From positions 372,001 to 436,000 of the forward strand of contig NC_043010.1 in the NCBI RefSeq assembly GCF_006345805.1: a stretch of 64,000 bases of DNA. The letters run 5' to 3'. The translations under genes were made by a program, and so were the position numbers. This document shows, one piece after another, positions 1 through 12,084 of this stretch (its first letter is position 1; each line of letters begins with the position of its first letter). The notes beneath the pieces are model-generated. The model searched no databases. It was given only the letters and a program-made list of their open reading frames with translations, and was not told the DNA's origin. This DNA is from Octopus sinensis (lineage: Eukaryota).

Positions 1-1441
1 GAGGCTATACTCATGAAGTAATGTAGATAATTAAGTAACATAAACAGATTTCTAAAGTTCATTAAAGTTCTTTAAAGATGATGTACAGTCTTATCACAGA
101 ATTTTAAAAAAGTTTTGATAGCATCACAGAGAAGGTGACCTAATCCATATGAATTTCCAGAGATATGATGAGGGATTATATACTCACAGAAGACAAATTT
201 ATCCATTGTTAATTACAACGAGGTGGGTCTCAATTCCTGCTTATTAGCATTACAGAGAGGGTGAATTAATCCTTTGTATAGATGCACAAATTCCAATGGT
301 GTAGATGTAAATTTCCAGAGAAATGGAGATGAATTTCATATTCACAGGCGATAAATTTTTCAATGGTTGAACACAATGAGGTAGGTATCAATTCTTGTTA
401 TATGATTAGGTGTTTGCCACATTAATCACATTACTGCTATTCACAAGAGGCTGTAGCTATTTAACTCTTAAAGGCTGAAGGGCTTACTAGAGCGGCCAAG
501 AATAGAGGAGGGAATAGAAGAAAAGAGAGAAAATAATGGAGGAGGGAGCAAAAAGGGGGGGGGGAAAGGGGGACTAAAAGAGAAGAGAAAAGGAAACAGA
601 GATAGAAGAAGAAAAAGAAAAAAGAGAAAAGAGAAAGATAGGGAAAGAAGGGAAAAAAGAAAAAGAAAAAAAGAGGTTCTAGTTATACAGAAGAGTTAGT
701 AGACTGCAAGTCTGGTTTTAAAACCAGACTTGCAGTCTACTAACTCTTCTTATAACTAGAACCCTCTTTTTTCTTTTCTTTTTTTCCCTTCTTTCCCTAT
801 TTCTTTCTCTTTCTCTTTTTCTTTTTCTTCTTCTTATTCTCTGTTTCCTTTTCTCTTCTCTTTTAGTCCCCCTTTCCCCCCCCCCCCCCTTTTTGCTCCC
901 TCCTCCATTATTTTCTCTCTTTTCTTCTATTCCCTCCTCTATTCTTGGCCGCTCTAGTAAGCCCTTCAGCCTTTAAAGTTAAATAGCTACAGCCTCTTGT
1001 GAATAGCAGTAATGTGATTAATGTGGCAAACACCTAATCATATAACAAGAATTGATACCTACCTCATTGTGTTCAACCATGAAAAATTTATCGCCTGTGA
1101 ATATGAAATTCATCTCCATTTCTCTGGAAATTTACATCTACACACCATTGGAATTTGTGCATCTATACAAAGGATTAATTCACCCTCCTGTAATGCTAAT
1201 AAGCAGGAATTGAGACCCACCTCGTTGTAATTAACAATGGATAAATTGTCTTCTGTGAGTATATAATCCCTCATCATATCTCTTGGAAATTCATATGGAT
1301 TAGGTCACCTTCTCTGTGATGCTATCAAAACTTTTTTAAAATTCTGTGATATAACTGTACATCATCTTTAAAGAACTTTAATGAACTTAGAAATCTGTTT
1401 ATGTTACTTAATTATCTACATTACTTCATGAGTATAGCCTC
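1..1441. repeat. About 720-bp-arm spacerless inverted repeat (left arm probably continues outside the window)
   Basis: 1-719 is the reverse complement of 720-1441 (gaggctatactcatgaag... / ...cttcatgagtatagcctc), centre ctggtttt|aaaaccag. Differences are mostly small indels. Confidence 0.95.
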
Positions 1442-1473
1442 AAACACTAGGATGTCTAGAGAACTCACATGTA

Positions 1474-1563
1474 TTTTAGCTGAGAGTACGGGACTCGTTT
1501 ATATGCTGTAATCTTTGCAACTTTTAATAAAACCTGTCCTTGTATGAAACGATCGTACTAAAA
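1474..1563 (+). ncRNA. Type I hammerhead ribozyme-like motif (1-nt deletion in core) at the 3' end of a Penelope-like element
   Basis: Stem I ttttag/ctaaaa; core ctga-ga; stem II gtacgggac/gtccttgtat with long loop; GAAA; palindromic stem III cgatcg; GUA cleavage triplet. (TA)n follows about 30 nt later. Confidence 0.7.
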
Positions 1564-1593
1564 ACCTATCCATTCTTGTTGCTTCTTTCTCGC

Positions 1594-1632
<39 letters not shown>

Positions 1633-1633
<1 letters not shown>

Positions 1634-1778
1634 CGTTAGGAAGGGCATCCAGCTGTAGAAACACTGCCAGATCTGACTGGCCTGGTGCAGCCTTCGGGCT
1701 CCCCAGACACCAGTTGAACCGTCCAACCCATGCTAGCATGGAAAGCGGACGTTAAATGATGATGATGATGATGATGAT
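1633..1778 (+). mobile_element. RTE-type 3' tail / RTE-tailed SINE fragment ending in (GAT)n
   Basis: gcgttaggaagggcatccagctgtagaaac...ggaaagcggacgttaaat(gat)n; more than 10 related copies in the window, some joined to RTE coding sequence. Confidence 0.75.
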
Positions 1779-2004
1779 ATAGTTAGAAATGGGAAGAAGA
1801 GGATTTAGATTATTCCCATGTGGTGAGTTGTAATGCAAAAAATATATCATAAAAGAAGGAAAATGCACACAGCTTACATAGTTTTAATATATTTTCAATG
1901 AATGAATATCGTGGTTGTCAACCGGTTTCACTTTCCCTAATCATGACATTGAAATTATTGTGATATTTTCTTAAGAAATGAATGAATCAGGCTGAACTTT
2001 CATA

Positions 2005-2058
<54 letters not shown>

Positions 2059-2079
2059 TCAACAGTCAGAAATTTAGAG

Positions 2080-4085
2080 ATTTCTAAATGAAATATTTGA
2101 CAAAACAGAAGAGAAGAAGGAGGTGCATATCATAGAGGACTACTAGAAGTTTCTCTGGGACAACCTACAGAGGGTTATAGACCAGTGCAAAGTTCTAGCC
2201 AGACTGAGGGTGACATGATTGTGCAACAGTGAGACAGCTAGGGCTATAAAACTAAAACACCAGTTCTTTCTAAGAGTGGAAAAATGGGGGTAGCAGAAAA
2301 CTATATCTGGTAGCTTGAAGAGAAGCTATGCAACAGGCTTACATAGCAAAAGGAGAATCAGAAAGTAGCATAAGAATTAGAGGCATTAGGTGCTTTGAAT
2401 TGTAAGATAAAGTATAAGAGAAAATCAAGATGTTTTGAGTAAGAAGTGTGTATGAGTAAATAACGGTACACATGCACTTAGTAATTCTAAAAAAAAAAAA
2501 AAAGGAGGCAAGAAAGTGCTTCCATGAAAAGTTATTAAACATGCAGAACAGGAGAAAGAGAATTTTCCCAATGTTGACCCAACAGAAGGACCAGCAGCCC
2601 TACGTTGGCAGCAGTATGATAGATAAGGCAATTAAAGATTTGACTGTAGGGAAAGCTCTTGGTCCAGCAGGAATCACCATTGATATGCTTAAACTATCTG
2701 GCAGTGTAGAATATAGCCTATTCATATGTATAGTTAATAAGGTATCACATCAAGTGTCTTGTGTAGATGATTTAGACAGAAGTAATTGTAGACATATTGT
2801 TGGACTAGGTCATGAAAGCTACAGAAAAAGTTATGGATTAACTGATTAGGAACAGAATTAGACTAGATGAGATGCGGTTTCGTTTTGTGCCAGGGAGAAA
2901 ATACTACAGATGCCCTCTTTCTAGTAAGACAACTGGAGGAAAAGTATTAAGATGAAAGTAACCCATCCAACTTGGCTTTGACAGAGTCTGTCACTATATA
3001 TGATCTGGTGGTCTCTGAGGAAGCTTGGGGAAGATGATTGACTTGTGAAAGCCATACAAGCCATGAACAGGGATGCTGTCAATAATGTGACGGTTTACCA
3101 CAAATACTGTGATGAATTTAGAGTACAAGTAGGAAATCATTAGGGTTCAGTTCTCGGTCTCTTCCTATTCATCATACTCTCCCTGGTTATATCAAGAACT
3201 TAAGACAAGCTGTCTTTGGGAACTACTAAAGGGCTAAATTAACTTAGCAAGGGCCAACATTCCTGTAAGCTGGAAAATAAGCAGGACTCTACTCATATCA
3301 GATAAATGGCCCTGTTTGATGAATAGGAAAGGTTTAAGCAGGAGTTCCACTTGGTGTGCCCAATGCGAGCTATGGGCACACAAGAAGTACAGTGGCATCA
3401 CAGGAATTATAAGAGAGATTTTTATGTGAAAGATTTGCAAGAGCAATAAATACTAAGGACACATGAGAAATGCTTTAAAGGCTTCCTAGAGATGGTAGTA
3501 GATAGATTCTGTTGCCTAGTTGACTTAAAGAGCAATGGAAGAGAATGTTTGGTAAGTATAGTTGCTACAATAAGAATAGGTTGGGGAAAGTTCAGAGAGC
3601 TATTATCACTGTTGGTGACAAAGTGTCTCTCAAAGAGAAAAGGAGATTGTATGATGCTTGTGTATGAGCAGCAATGCTGTATAGTTGTGAGACTGTGGGC
3701 CCTGAATGCAGAGAACATGCAAAGACTATAGAAGAATGAAGCTGGTATGGTCTGTTGAATGTGCAACATTAGTATGCATGTCTGACAAAGTGCACATATG
3801 TTGGGAGAAAAATTGAGCATAAAAGGAATCAGATATAGTGTACAAGAGAGAAGACTGCATTGGTATGGTTGTGTGATGCGTATGGATAAGGACTGGTATA
3901 TATAAGAAGTTCTGGTTGCTTAAAGTGGGTGGGACTTGTGGTTAAGGGAGACCAAGGAAGATTATAAGATGAAGTAGTGAAGGCTAATCTTAAGATGTTG
4001 AGCCTTATGGAAGAAATGACAAAAGACCGAAATGATTGACAATTTGCTGTGTTTGAGAAGACCTGTCCAGCACAGTAAGCATGAG
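2080..4085 (+). mobile_element. Decayed RTE-clade LINE (reverse transcriptase pseudogene)
   Basis: Frameshifted RT motifs: KALGPAGITIDMLK, MRFRFVPGR, TTDALFLVRQLEEKY, VDRFCCL, RIGWGKFRELLSLL, RRLHWYG. Many stops. Confidence 0.8.
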
Positions 4086-5138
4086 GTTCTAAAAATATTT
4101 TGTTTATGTCTGCACATGCTGAGCCCTACCCCTGCATCTTTTCTGCTCTTAGAAGTATTCCCCTTATCTTGTTCTAACACCCATCCTGCCATCATTTTTC
4201 TAGCAATGGAATTACTCAGCTTCTATAATCATTTAAGAGGAGATTTGTTACATATTTAATCCCCAATGTTTTTTTTTTTTCTATTGTTTACCTCCTTTTT
4301 TCCCCTTGGAGCCACTTCCAATCAGCATCTATCCTTTGTTCTCATTGTCATCCCTTCCAACACAATTTCACCAATTGGCCCCTTTCAAAGTCACCAGTTA
4401 TATCTTCCTCTTCCCTGAGCTATGTTTTAGGCCTGCCAGATCTCATCTTTATCACCTCTCTTATCTGCTTTCATTCTCAGTGTAAACACTGATATTCCTC
4501 CCTACCAACTACAGTTGTAGCCCCCACTCCCTATAATCACTCTTATATTCATTTGATCTCCATCACTACCTGCCTCCCTTACACATCTTTCCCTCCTTTC
4601 TGATCTGTCCTCCTTTGTGAGCCACTTCCATCTCTCACATTTTACCCCTTCCCTCCTAATATCCCCCCCCCCCAGTCAACCATACTTCCACCCTTGTTCA
4701 TCACTTACAATATATACCTTTACCCCTATCTCTGTATGTTGCTCTTCTCTCATACTCTTATGAAATGGCACCCCCTCTACCTCCTGATTCACTAGCCATA
4801 TCCTCACTTATACTCACCTTGTATCTTTAGGGATCACTCTGGCACCTCATCACCACCATCCTTATCTTCTTCCCAGCTATTTCCACCCAGCCTTAAACAA
4901 TGTTGATTTGCCATGTATTCAACTCGGGATCATAAGGTCATGAGTTTGATACCCTGGGGTTTACTCTGTCCTTGAGCAAGAAACTCGTTTCAATGTTGCT
5001 CCACTTCACTCAGCTGGCAAAAGTGAATTACTTCAAAGGGCCAGCCTTGTCACATTCTGTGTCATGTCCCTGAGAAATATGTTAAGGGTACATATGTCGC
5101 TGGAGAGTGTTCAGCCACTTGCATGTTTATTTCACATG

Positions 5139-5139
<1 letters not shown>

Positions 5140-5172
<33 letters not shown>

Positions 5173-5417
5173 AGTATATATATACATGTATGTGTGTGTA
5201 TATGTTTGTTTGTCTGTGTTTGTCCCCCCACAACATCACTTGACAACCGATGGTGTTGTGTTTACGTCCCTGAAACTTAACGGTTTGGCAAAAGACACCA
5301 ATAGAATAAGTACTAGGCTTACATAGAATAAGTCCTGGGGTCGATTTGCTTGACTAAAGGCGGTGCTCCAGCATGGTTGCTGTCAAATAACTGAAACAAG
5401 TAAAAGAGAGTAAAAGA
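5140..5417 (+). mobile_element. 3' half of the microsatellite-containing SINE family with CR1-like tail
   Basis: (TG)n, then tgtttgtcccccca...gaataagtcctggggtcgatttgcttgactaaaggcggtgctccagcatgg...ctgaaacaagtaaaaga; matches 14770, 50410 and 58640. Confidence 0.75.
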
Positions 5418-5706
5418 GGCTATTCTGTTGATCGGATCAGCTTGAACATTGTTTGTCATAACTGATGGAGTGCCTTCTATAGTAACACACACCTTGTCAC
5501 ATTCTGTGTCACACTGAATCTCCCTGAGAACTACATTAAGGGTAGGTGTCTGTGGAGTGCTCAGCCACTTGCACGTTAATTGATGGGCAGATCAACTGGA
5601 ACATTCATTGTAATAACTGATGGACTGCTGTCTATAGTAACATGCTCCTTGTCAGATTCTGTGTTACACGGAATCTCCCTGATAACTACGTTAAAGGTAT
5701 ACATGT

Positions 5707-5936
5707 CTGGCAGAAACTTTAGCATGCCAGGCGAAATGCTTAGGGGTATTTCGTCCGTCACTACGTTCTGAGTTTAAATTCCGCCGGGGTCGACTTTGCC
5801 TTTCATCCTTTCGGGGTCGATTAAATAAGTACCAGTTATGCACTGGGGTCAATGTAATCGACTTAATCCGTTTGTCTGTCCTTGTTTGTCCCCTCTGTGT
5901 TTAGCCCCTTGTGGGTAGTAAAGAAATAGGTATTTC
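5707..5936 (+). mobile_element. tRNA-derived SINE with probable TSD acatgtctg
   Basis: A-box-like tggcagaaac, B-box-like gagtttaaattcc, body ggtcgactttgcctttcatcctttcggggtcga; acatgtctg occurs on both sides. Confidence 0.75.
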
Positions 5937-6019
5937 ACATGTCTGCGGAGTGAGTGTTCAGCTACTTGTACATTAACTTCATGAGCAGACTGTTCCGTTG
6001 ATCAGATCAGCTGATGGAA

Positions 6020-6560
6020 GACTAAGTCAACCTCTGTGGAATTTGAACTCAGAATGTAAGGACAGATGAAACACCACTAAGCATTTTGTCTGGCAAAGTA
6101 ACAATTCTCCCAGACAAAATGCTTAGTGGTGTTTTATCTGTCTTTATGTTTTGAGTTCAAATGCTGCTGGGGTCAACTTTGCCTTTCATCCTCTCTGGGT
6201 TGATAAAATATTACCAGTTGATCATCATGGTCAATATAACCAACTTATCCTCTCCCTTGAAATAGCTGGCTTTGTACCAAAATTTGAAACTGTTATTATT
6301 ATTATCATTGTTGTTGTTGCTGCTGTTGCTGTTGTTGTTGTTGTTGTGAGCTGTCAGAATTGTTACCACTTTTGGATAAAATGCTTAGTGGTGTTTCATC
6401 TGTCCTTACATTCTGAGTTCAAATTCCACATAGGTTGACTTAGCCTTCCATCCTTTCAGGGTTGATAAAAATAAGTACCAGCTGAGTACTGGGCTCAATG
6501 TAACTGACTAACCCCATCCACCAAAACTTCAGACCTTGTACTTATAGTGGAAAAAATTAT
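6020..6560. mobile_element. Cluster of decayed copies of the same tRNA-derived SINE (one on -, two on +)
   Basis: ggaatttgaactcagaatgtaa (-) near 6040; gagttcaaat plus ctttgcctttcatcc (+) near 6155 and 6415. Confidence 0.65.
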
Positions 6561-7379
6561 TATTATTGTTGTAGCTGTTGTTCGTGTTGTTGATGCTGCT
6601 GTTGTCCTCTTGCTGAGTGTACATGACTCAGTGGTTATTGCTTTCCTTTCTTGCCTCTCTGTTGTGTGTACAAGTGTATACGTGTATCTGACCTTATGGG
6701 TATGAAAGGGCATGACATTGACCCTTCTTCTATTTACTATATCCTACTACCCTCTTGCCAAATGTTCCACCACTCCACTGATGTTGATAATTTGCAATAC
6801 GAGGATATATTTTGAGTAACTTAACAATATGTATTCTTTTACTGAACACCGATGAGGAAATTTTGTTAAGATTATGTAATTTTCATCAACTAATTGTGTA
6901 ATCCTGTCAGGTGATTTTATGCAATGCATGTATGCTTTATAAACTTAAAACACCAAATATATTTTCTTTATCTTATTAATGCTATCATGTAGTTGGAATT
7001 CTGCACACTAGTCTTTTCTGTGATTGGATGCCCTCATGTAGCTGCACTGGATATAACCTATTACTGAGTTCAAAAGTTTGATCACACATCATGCTATTGG
7101 TTGGATTCCAGGATCATTCAGCACATACACACACAAAAAAAATCATGTTGCTCCTATGGAGAACATTTGTTCTCAGTTCAGTTACTTGGATCACTACTCC
7201 CAATTGTGGCTTCCACACTAAAAGCAGAACTCAATTCAATGCTGCTACACCAAGAAGGTTGCCTTGATGCAGAAGATGAGCTATTGAGAGAGGCCAAAAA
7301 GACTATGGTTACTTCCTAGAGAGAAGATATGAAAGATATGCAGTGAGGAAAATATGGAAAATCCTAGAATGTGTAGCAT

Positions 7380-7765
7380 CTAACTTTGGGTTTGAAAGCT
7401 ATACCAATCACTAGGCTGGATGCTACTGCATTGTGTTAAAGATCCCACTGTTTCTATCCAGAGAAAGGAATCAATACTGTGATGACTTAGGGTTCAAGGG
7501 CCCATAAGCTTTCAATATTTAGCCTAAGTGCCTCAAATATCTATGAGGTGTAGATGTGGATGTGTTCAAAGAATATTTAGACAAATTTTTATCTGAGATA
7601 CTACATGAACCCATATTGTGGCAAGAAATGCAAAGAAGGGCAGCTTTGTCCAGCTCACTGCTCCATCAGGACTGATTTTGGAGATGAGATTGGGTAATGA
7701 GTTTAAAATAAACAAGTATTAACATTTATGGTAGTACCCCAGCATGGCCACAGCCTCTGGTTGAA
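7380..7765 (+). mobile_element. Decayed CR1-type LINE 3' end
   Basis: Similar to 29941-30403 (aaaatcctagaa..aactttgg..gggttcaagggccc..) and ends in the ccccagcatggccacag tail. Confidence 0.55.
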
Positions 7766-7844
7766 TGGTTGAAGTCAATAAAAGAATATATGTGTGAGTG
7801 TGTTTACTTCTGAATGCTGACTAAGATACTCTGATGGAATGTGA

Positions 7845-8623
7845 TCAAATGAGGTTTATTTTTCAACATAATCCCCCTTGCAGTCTACACACTTCTTCCA
7901 TTAGTGTTGCAGCATTTGGATCCCATTGATGAAAAAGCATTCATCCTGTTTGTCAAAAAAGTCATCAACAGCTGATATGAGATCATCATCACTGCAAAGC
8001 TGGTTCCCAGCCAAGTGTTTCTTCATATTTTTTCTGGGCATTTGGTCTTGATAGCCTTTCATAACTGCCTCAGCAAGTTGGCATAGTACTCTCCATTGAT
8101 GGAAAGGCCCTTTTGAAGATAGTCAACAAACACAATGCATGCATTTTGGAGTGCTCAGCAGAATATTCTTAACTCTCTCATGAGTTATGCTAATTGTATT
8201 GGCTATTTGATTTATAGTCAGCTGCCATGTAGTGAGCATGATCAATGTTTTCCTTGTTGGTAGCAGTTGTAGAACATCTAGATTTTGGGTCATATTCAAG
8301 GCTCTTCCTTCTTCTAAAATCAACTACCTACTTTTGCTCTGTTGATTAATGTAACAACTGTGTCAGCATGAATGTCCTTGGGGGCTAAACTCTTTTTCTG
8401 CAGGTGCTTGATAAACACCACAATGCCAAATTTTGCCCATTTTTGAGAGAAGTTACTACTAGTTATTTTTGAAGTCTTCTTTGAACAGTTGGATGTCTGT
8501 TTACCTGGAAAGAAACAGTGCAGTTATTATTAAGTGGAGGTGAAATTAAAGCATGCAAGATTTCAACAGCTCTAACATCACTCATTCATAGTCAGCCTAA
8601 GAACTTTTCTGCTCACCCTCATA
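7845..8623 (-). mobile_element. Internally deleted mariner (Tc1/mariner) transposon remnant
   Basis: Minus strand encodes the mariner C-terminus WKKCVDCKGDYVEK*, an N-terminal VIKHLQKKSLAPKDIHAD HTH-like segment, and a TA-flanked TIR-like end ta|tgagggtgagcagaaaagttc at 8623. Confidence 0.75.
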
Positions 8624-8624
8624 C

Positions 8625-8930
8625 ATATGAAAGATCCTAGAAGGACTGGCACTGAACTTTGGCATTGAGATTTTTATCAGCCCCTGAACAGGATACCACT
8701 GCACAGTGCCAAAGGTTCCAAACACTCCATCTAAAATAAGTTCCAGATACTGCAATAACTTGACTTTTGAGGGTCCATAGCTGTTTGATATCTGACCCAA
8801 AAAAACTGAGGTTGGAGTAGATATTTTCAAGAAACACATTGACTTTCTGCTGTTCAAGATCCTAGATGAGCCTATATCATGTTAAGAATCTCAAATGCCT
8901 GCAATAACAAATCTCTTCATTCATAATTGG
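8625..8930 (+). mobile_element. Decayed CR1-type LINE 3' fragment
   Basis: aagatcctagaagga..aactttggcattgaga..gagggtccatagctgtttgatatc..cctagatgagcct aligns by eye to 29970-30280. Confidence 0.55.
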
Positions 8931-9059
8931 TTATTGAAAAAGTGATGATGATGACAGGGCCTCACTAGTTATGTACTTTTCGTATGAGGTTTGTGAATAT
9001 TGTAAAGGTTGAATGTAGCGAATGGAATTTATGTTGTAGTAGATGAACATGCAGCTTAG

Positions 9060-9450
9060 TGACATTAAATATAAAGCTTTCTAGGACTTTTTGTGGATGT
9101 ATATAGCTACAAACTGTATGGACTTGAAACTAGAACCCTATTTAGGTTTATGGCCAAATTCTTTGATGACTGGTCTATTCAGATGCTTTGAATGACTTTC
9201 AATGCCAACTAGATGCAAAAATATGACTCTTGGTTGATTTTTCTCAGTTGACCAACAAGATAGCAAGAAGACAACCAGAGCTTGCTGGGCACTACTTGTG
9301 ACATCCAAGATTGCTTGTCAATCAAGTTGTCATCTAGGAACCAACCTATGGTGAGATTAGGGGTATCTTCCCAAGACCATGACCAAGATCCTGAAGGACT
9401 ACATTTAACTTAGGACAGTGACAATGGAACAAAATATGTGATGTGTCTGT
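9060..9450 (+). mobile_element. Highly decayed RTE-like LINE C-terminal fragment
   Basis: Residual IARRQPELAGHY / VVI.EPTYG-like C-terminal motifs in shifting frames. Confidence 0.35.
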
Positions 9451-10069
9451 TATCCATATCTAGAGTAAGTTTGAGTTATAGTTAATAGATGCTGATAGAA
9501 AGGTGTTGGGTTTGTGTGATGTTGCTTCAGTTAGCTTCTTAATAGGTTTGTAGTGTTATCAAGTCTGACAGCAGGGCAGCTCAGTAAACTATCTGGCACT
9601 TCTCTATTTCCACATAGTTGCACACAATTCTAACCCTATGTCAACCTCCTAAAAATCTGGCTCCAGACAAATACTCATATCAATGTTGCTGTTAGTAGTT
9701 GTTACTCTTTTCTGGTTCAGCTCTAGGCAAATTTTTAGTTGGTTAAATATTTAAGTATTTAAATAAACAGAATGGTTCTCTTTGCAGGGAATAATTTATA
9801 AAACTATTAACTCTCTCTGCATCATCACCATCCACACAACCGCCACCACAAACGTCAACGAGGTAGCCTTGTGTTCGATTGACTTGCTAGTAATGGCAAC
9901 CAAATCTTCTTCAAATCAAACAAAGCTTTGCTCGATTAAGTTTAACCCTGGGCTGAACAACAACAAAGGAGAAAGAACATATAAGCAAATGTAAAGGCAA
10001 AATAGGATATCTTCGATCATGAGTCTGAATCAAGGCCGGTCTGTGTCGGATAACAATATGAGAGAACTG

Positions 10070-10500
10070 GGATCTTTTCGATTTGAACGGCTGTTTTTAA
10101 CATAATTTCTAGGTAACTAAAAAATTTTAAACTTGTATACTGGTAGAATGTGTTTATAAAACATCTTTTTCTCTTGGCTTTATTGAGAAAATTCTATAGT
10201 TTGTAAGATATTTGTTGTTCTTTTCTTCAATTTCTGCAATTTCAACCAATCAATGACCGTCTATTGAGGTGAAAACATTCTGTGCTGTATGAATATGTCC
10301 CTCGTTTAAGAAACAGATTGGGTTTATTTACACTTGAGAAGAAAAAAAGATATCCTTCCCCCTACCCCTAACCCCAATCCTAACTAACCCTAACCCTAAA
10401 ACAGATTGAAATGCAATAGATCGATACTAGGGTCATAATTATGGATGACAATTTCATATGATACCACTAGAAAAAACTGCCGTTCAAACCGAAAAGATCC
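10070..10500. mobile_element. MITE / non-autonomous DNA transposon with about 29-bp TIRs and an 8-bp TSD
   Basis: TIRs ggatcttttcgatttgaacggctgttttt / aaaaactgccgttcaaaccgaaaagatcc; flanks gagaactg / aagaactg (7 of 8 match). Confidence 0.85.
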
Positions 10501-10674
10501 AAGAACTGAAATAATCCAAGACCATAAAGACAAAAGTATTAACTCTTGACGTTTAGCAACAATTCAAGAGAATTGAGAGCGAATATTGGCCGAGTCATTC
10601 GTCCGATGGAAGCTTAACCTGCCAGTTTTCTACCCTTCACCAAAACAACTAGAAACAAAGTCCTAGTATTATTA

Positions 10675-10945
10675 GGGCCTAGTGGTTGGGATGTTGCTCT
10701 CACGATCGTGAGATCGTAGTTTCAATTCCTAGACCGGGTGGTGCGTTGTGTTCTTGAGTAAAATACCTCATCTCACGTTGCTCTGCGACCACTTCGACAC
10801 TTGATGCATGGTACACATTACACCTGTTCAGGTAACGTCGGTTTGATGGAGAGAATGAGCTTAATGCGCGGCACGAACATTTGATCACTATAAACGAAGG
10901 ATTTGTGCAGGACGTTCGGCAAACGCTGAACGCTAACGTCATCTT
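10675..10945 (+). mobile_element. tRNA-derived SINE (second head family)
   Basis: ggcctagtggttggg A-box, gtttcaattcc B-box, gttgtgttcttgag..aaa..c.tcatctcacgttgctc body; relatives near 4935, 25990 (-) and 33910. Confidence 0.65.
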
Positions 10946-10972
10946 CGATGGGAGAGTCCATCATTATTTTTA

Positions 10973-11192
10973 GGCGGCGAGCTGGCAGAATCGTTAGCGC
11001 GCTGGACGAAATGCTTAGCAGTATTTCGTCCGTCTTTACGTTCTGAGTTCAAATTCCGCCGAGGTCGACTTTGCCTGTCATCTTTCGAAATTAAGTACCA
11101 GCCAAGTATTGGGGTCGATGTAATCGACTGTCCCCCTCCCCTCAAATTCCAGACCTTGTGCCTATACTAGAAGAGATTATTATTATTATTAT
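10973..11192 (+). mobile_element. tRNA-derived SINE, CpG-intact copy with (TTA)n tail
   Basis: ggcggcgagctggcagaatcgttagc...gagttcaaattccgccgaggtcgactttgcc... Confidence 0.85.
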
Positions 11193-12084
11193 TCAAAATA
11201 ATCAACTGTTCAAACTTCATTTTCATTAAAATCTGGCTCGCCTTAGTGTGCAAGGGAGGTAACTCTTACTGTATTTCCAATGGGTATCCTACCTTCTTCG
11301 TATGTTTAGAATACATCAGAGCGTAAACGAGTATTTTAGTAACATTTATATTTATTCGGGTAAAGTCGATAATCCATTTTGCAGCTACGCCTAATTTCAC
11401 CCTTGATAATATTGTGAGGCAGTGTATGAAGTTTGTGAATATTGTAAAGGTTGATGCAGGGATCGAAGTCAATTGGGGTTTTAGTTATTTGAGAACACAC
11501 ACACACATTTTCTATTGGTTTCAGTCATTGGACTGCGACCATGCTGGGGCACTACTTGACCTTAGCGGTTATTTGAAGTCTGGTTTTTATTCTATCGGTC
11601 ACTTTGACCGAATTGATAGTTTTCGGGGGACGTAAACAAACCTTCAGTAGTTGTTAAGTGGTGAAATGAGAGGTGGGTGGGTGGATGGGTAAAAACAAAC
11701 ACATGCACACGATGGGCTTCCACATAATTTCCGTCTACCCAATTTACTCATGGACTGAACCCAAAACCAAGTTGTTGCAAAGCGTGCTTCTTCACACACA
11801 CACAAAGCACGCATACACACACACAGCACGTATACATACGTGCGATTTGTTCTGGCTACCCGAGTCCAAATATTCTGGAGGTCGACTACCCCTTTTAGTA
11901 CCAGTACTAGAGGTTTTTGCTATCTCTCTGGACAAAAGCGACTTTGGTTAAACCTGGACAAGTATAGGTCCTGCCAGATTTAATCAACGCAAGATCTGTC
12001 ATACATCACAACAATAGTACCTCTCTACATTGATAGTTCAGGGCCCAACTTAAGGTGCAGGAATATATATATATAATAATAATA

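Larger units (their letters stand above)
5045..6015 (+). repeat. Three tandem copies of a 140-155-bp SINE-body unit, interrupted by two nested SINEs
   Basis: Unit ccttgtcacattctgtgtca...ctcagccacttgca...aactgatgga starts near 5045, 5492 and 5647. Copies 2 and 3 are both preceded by tctatagtaaca. Confidence 0.7.

Noticed and set aside
6747-6929. Possible minus-strand coding exon in non-repetitive DNA
   Set aside because: No recognisable domain and only weak splice signals; needs RNA-seq.
10361-10399. True telomere or chromosome-fusion relic
   Set aside because: Only a few degenerate units, and they lie inside a MITE.
10675-11070. tRNA genes suggested by A/B boxes (also 26030-26107)
   Set aside because: No complete cloverleaf; they continue into multi-copy SINE bodies.
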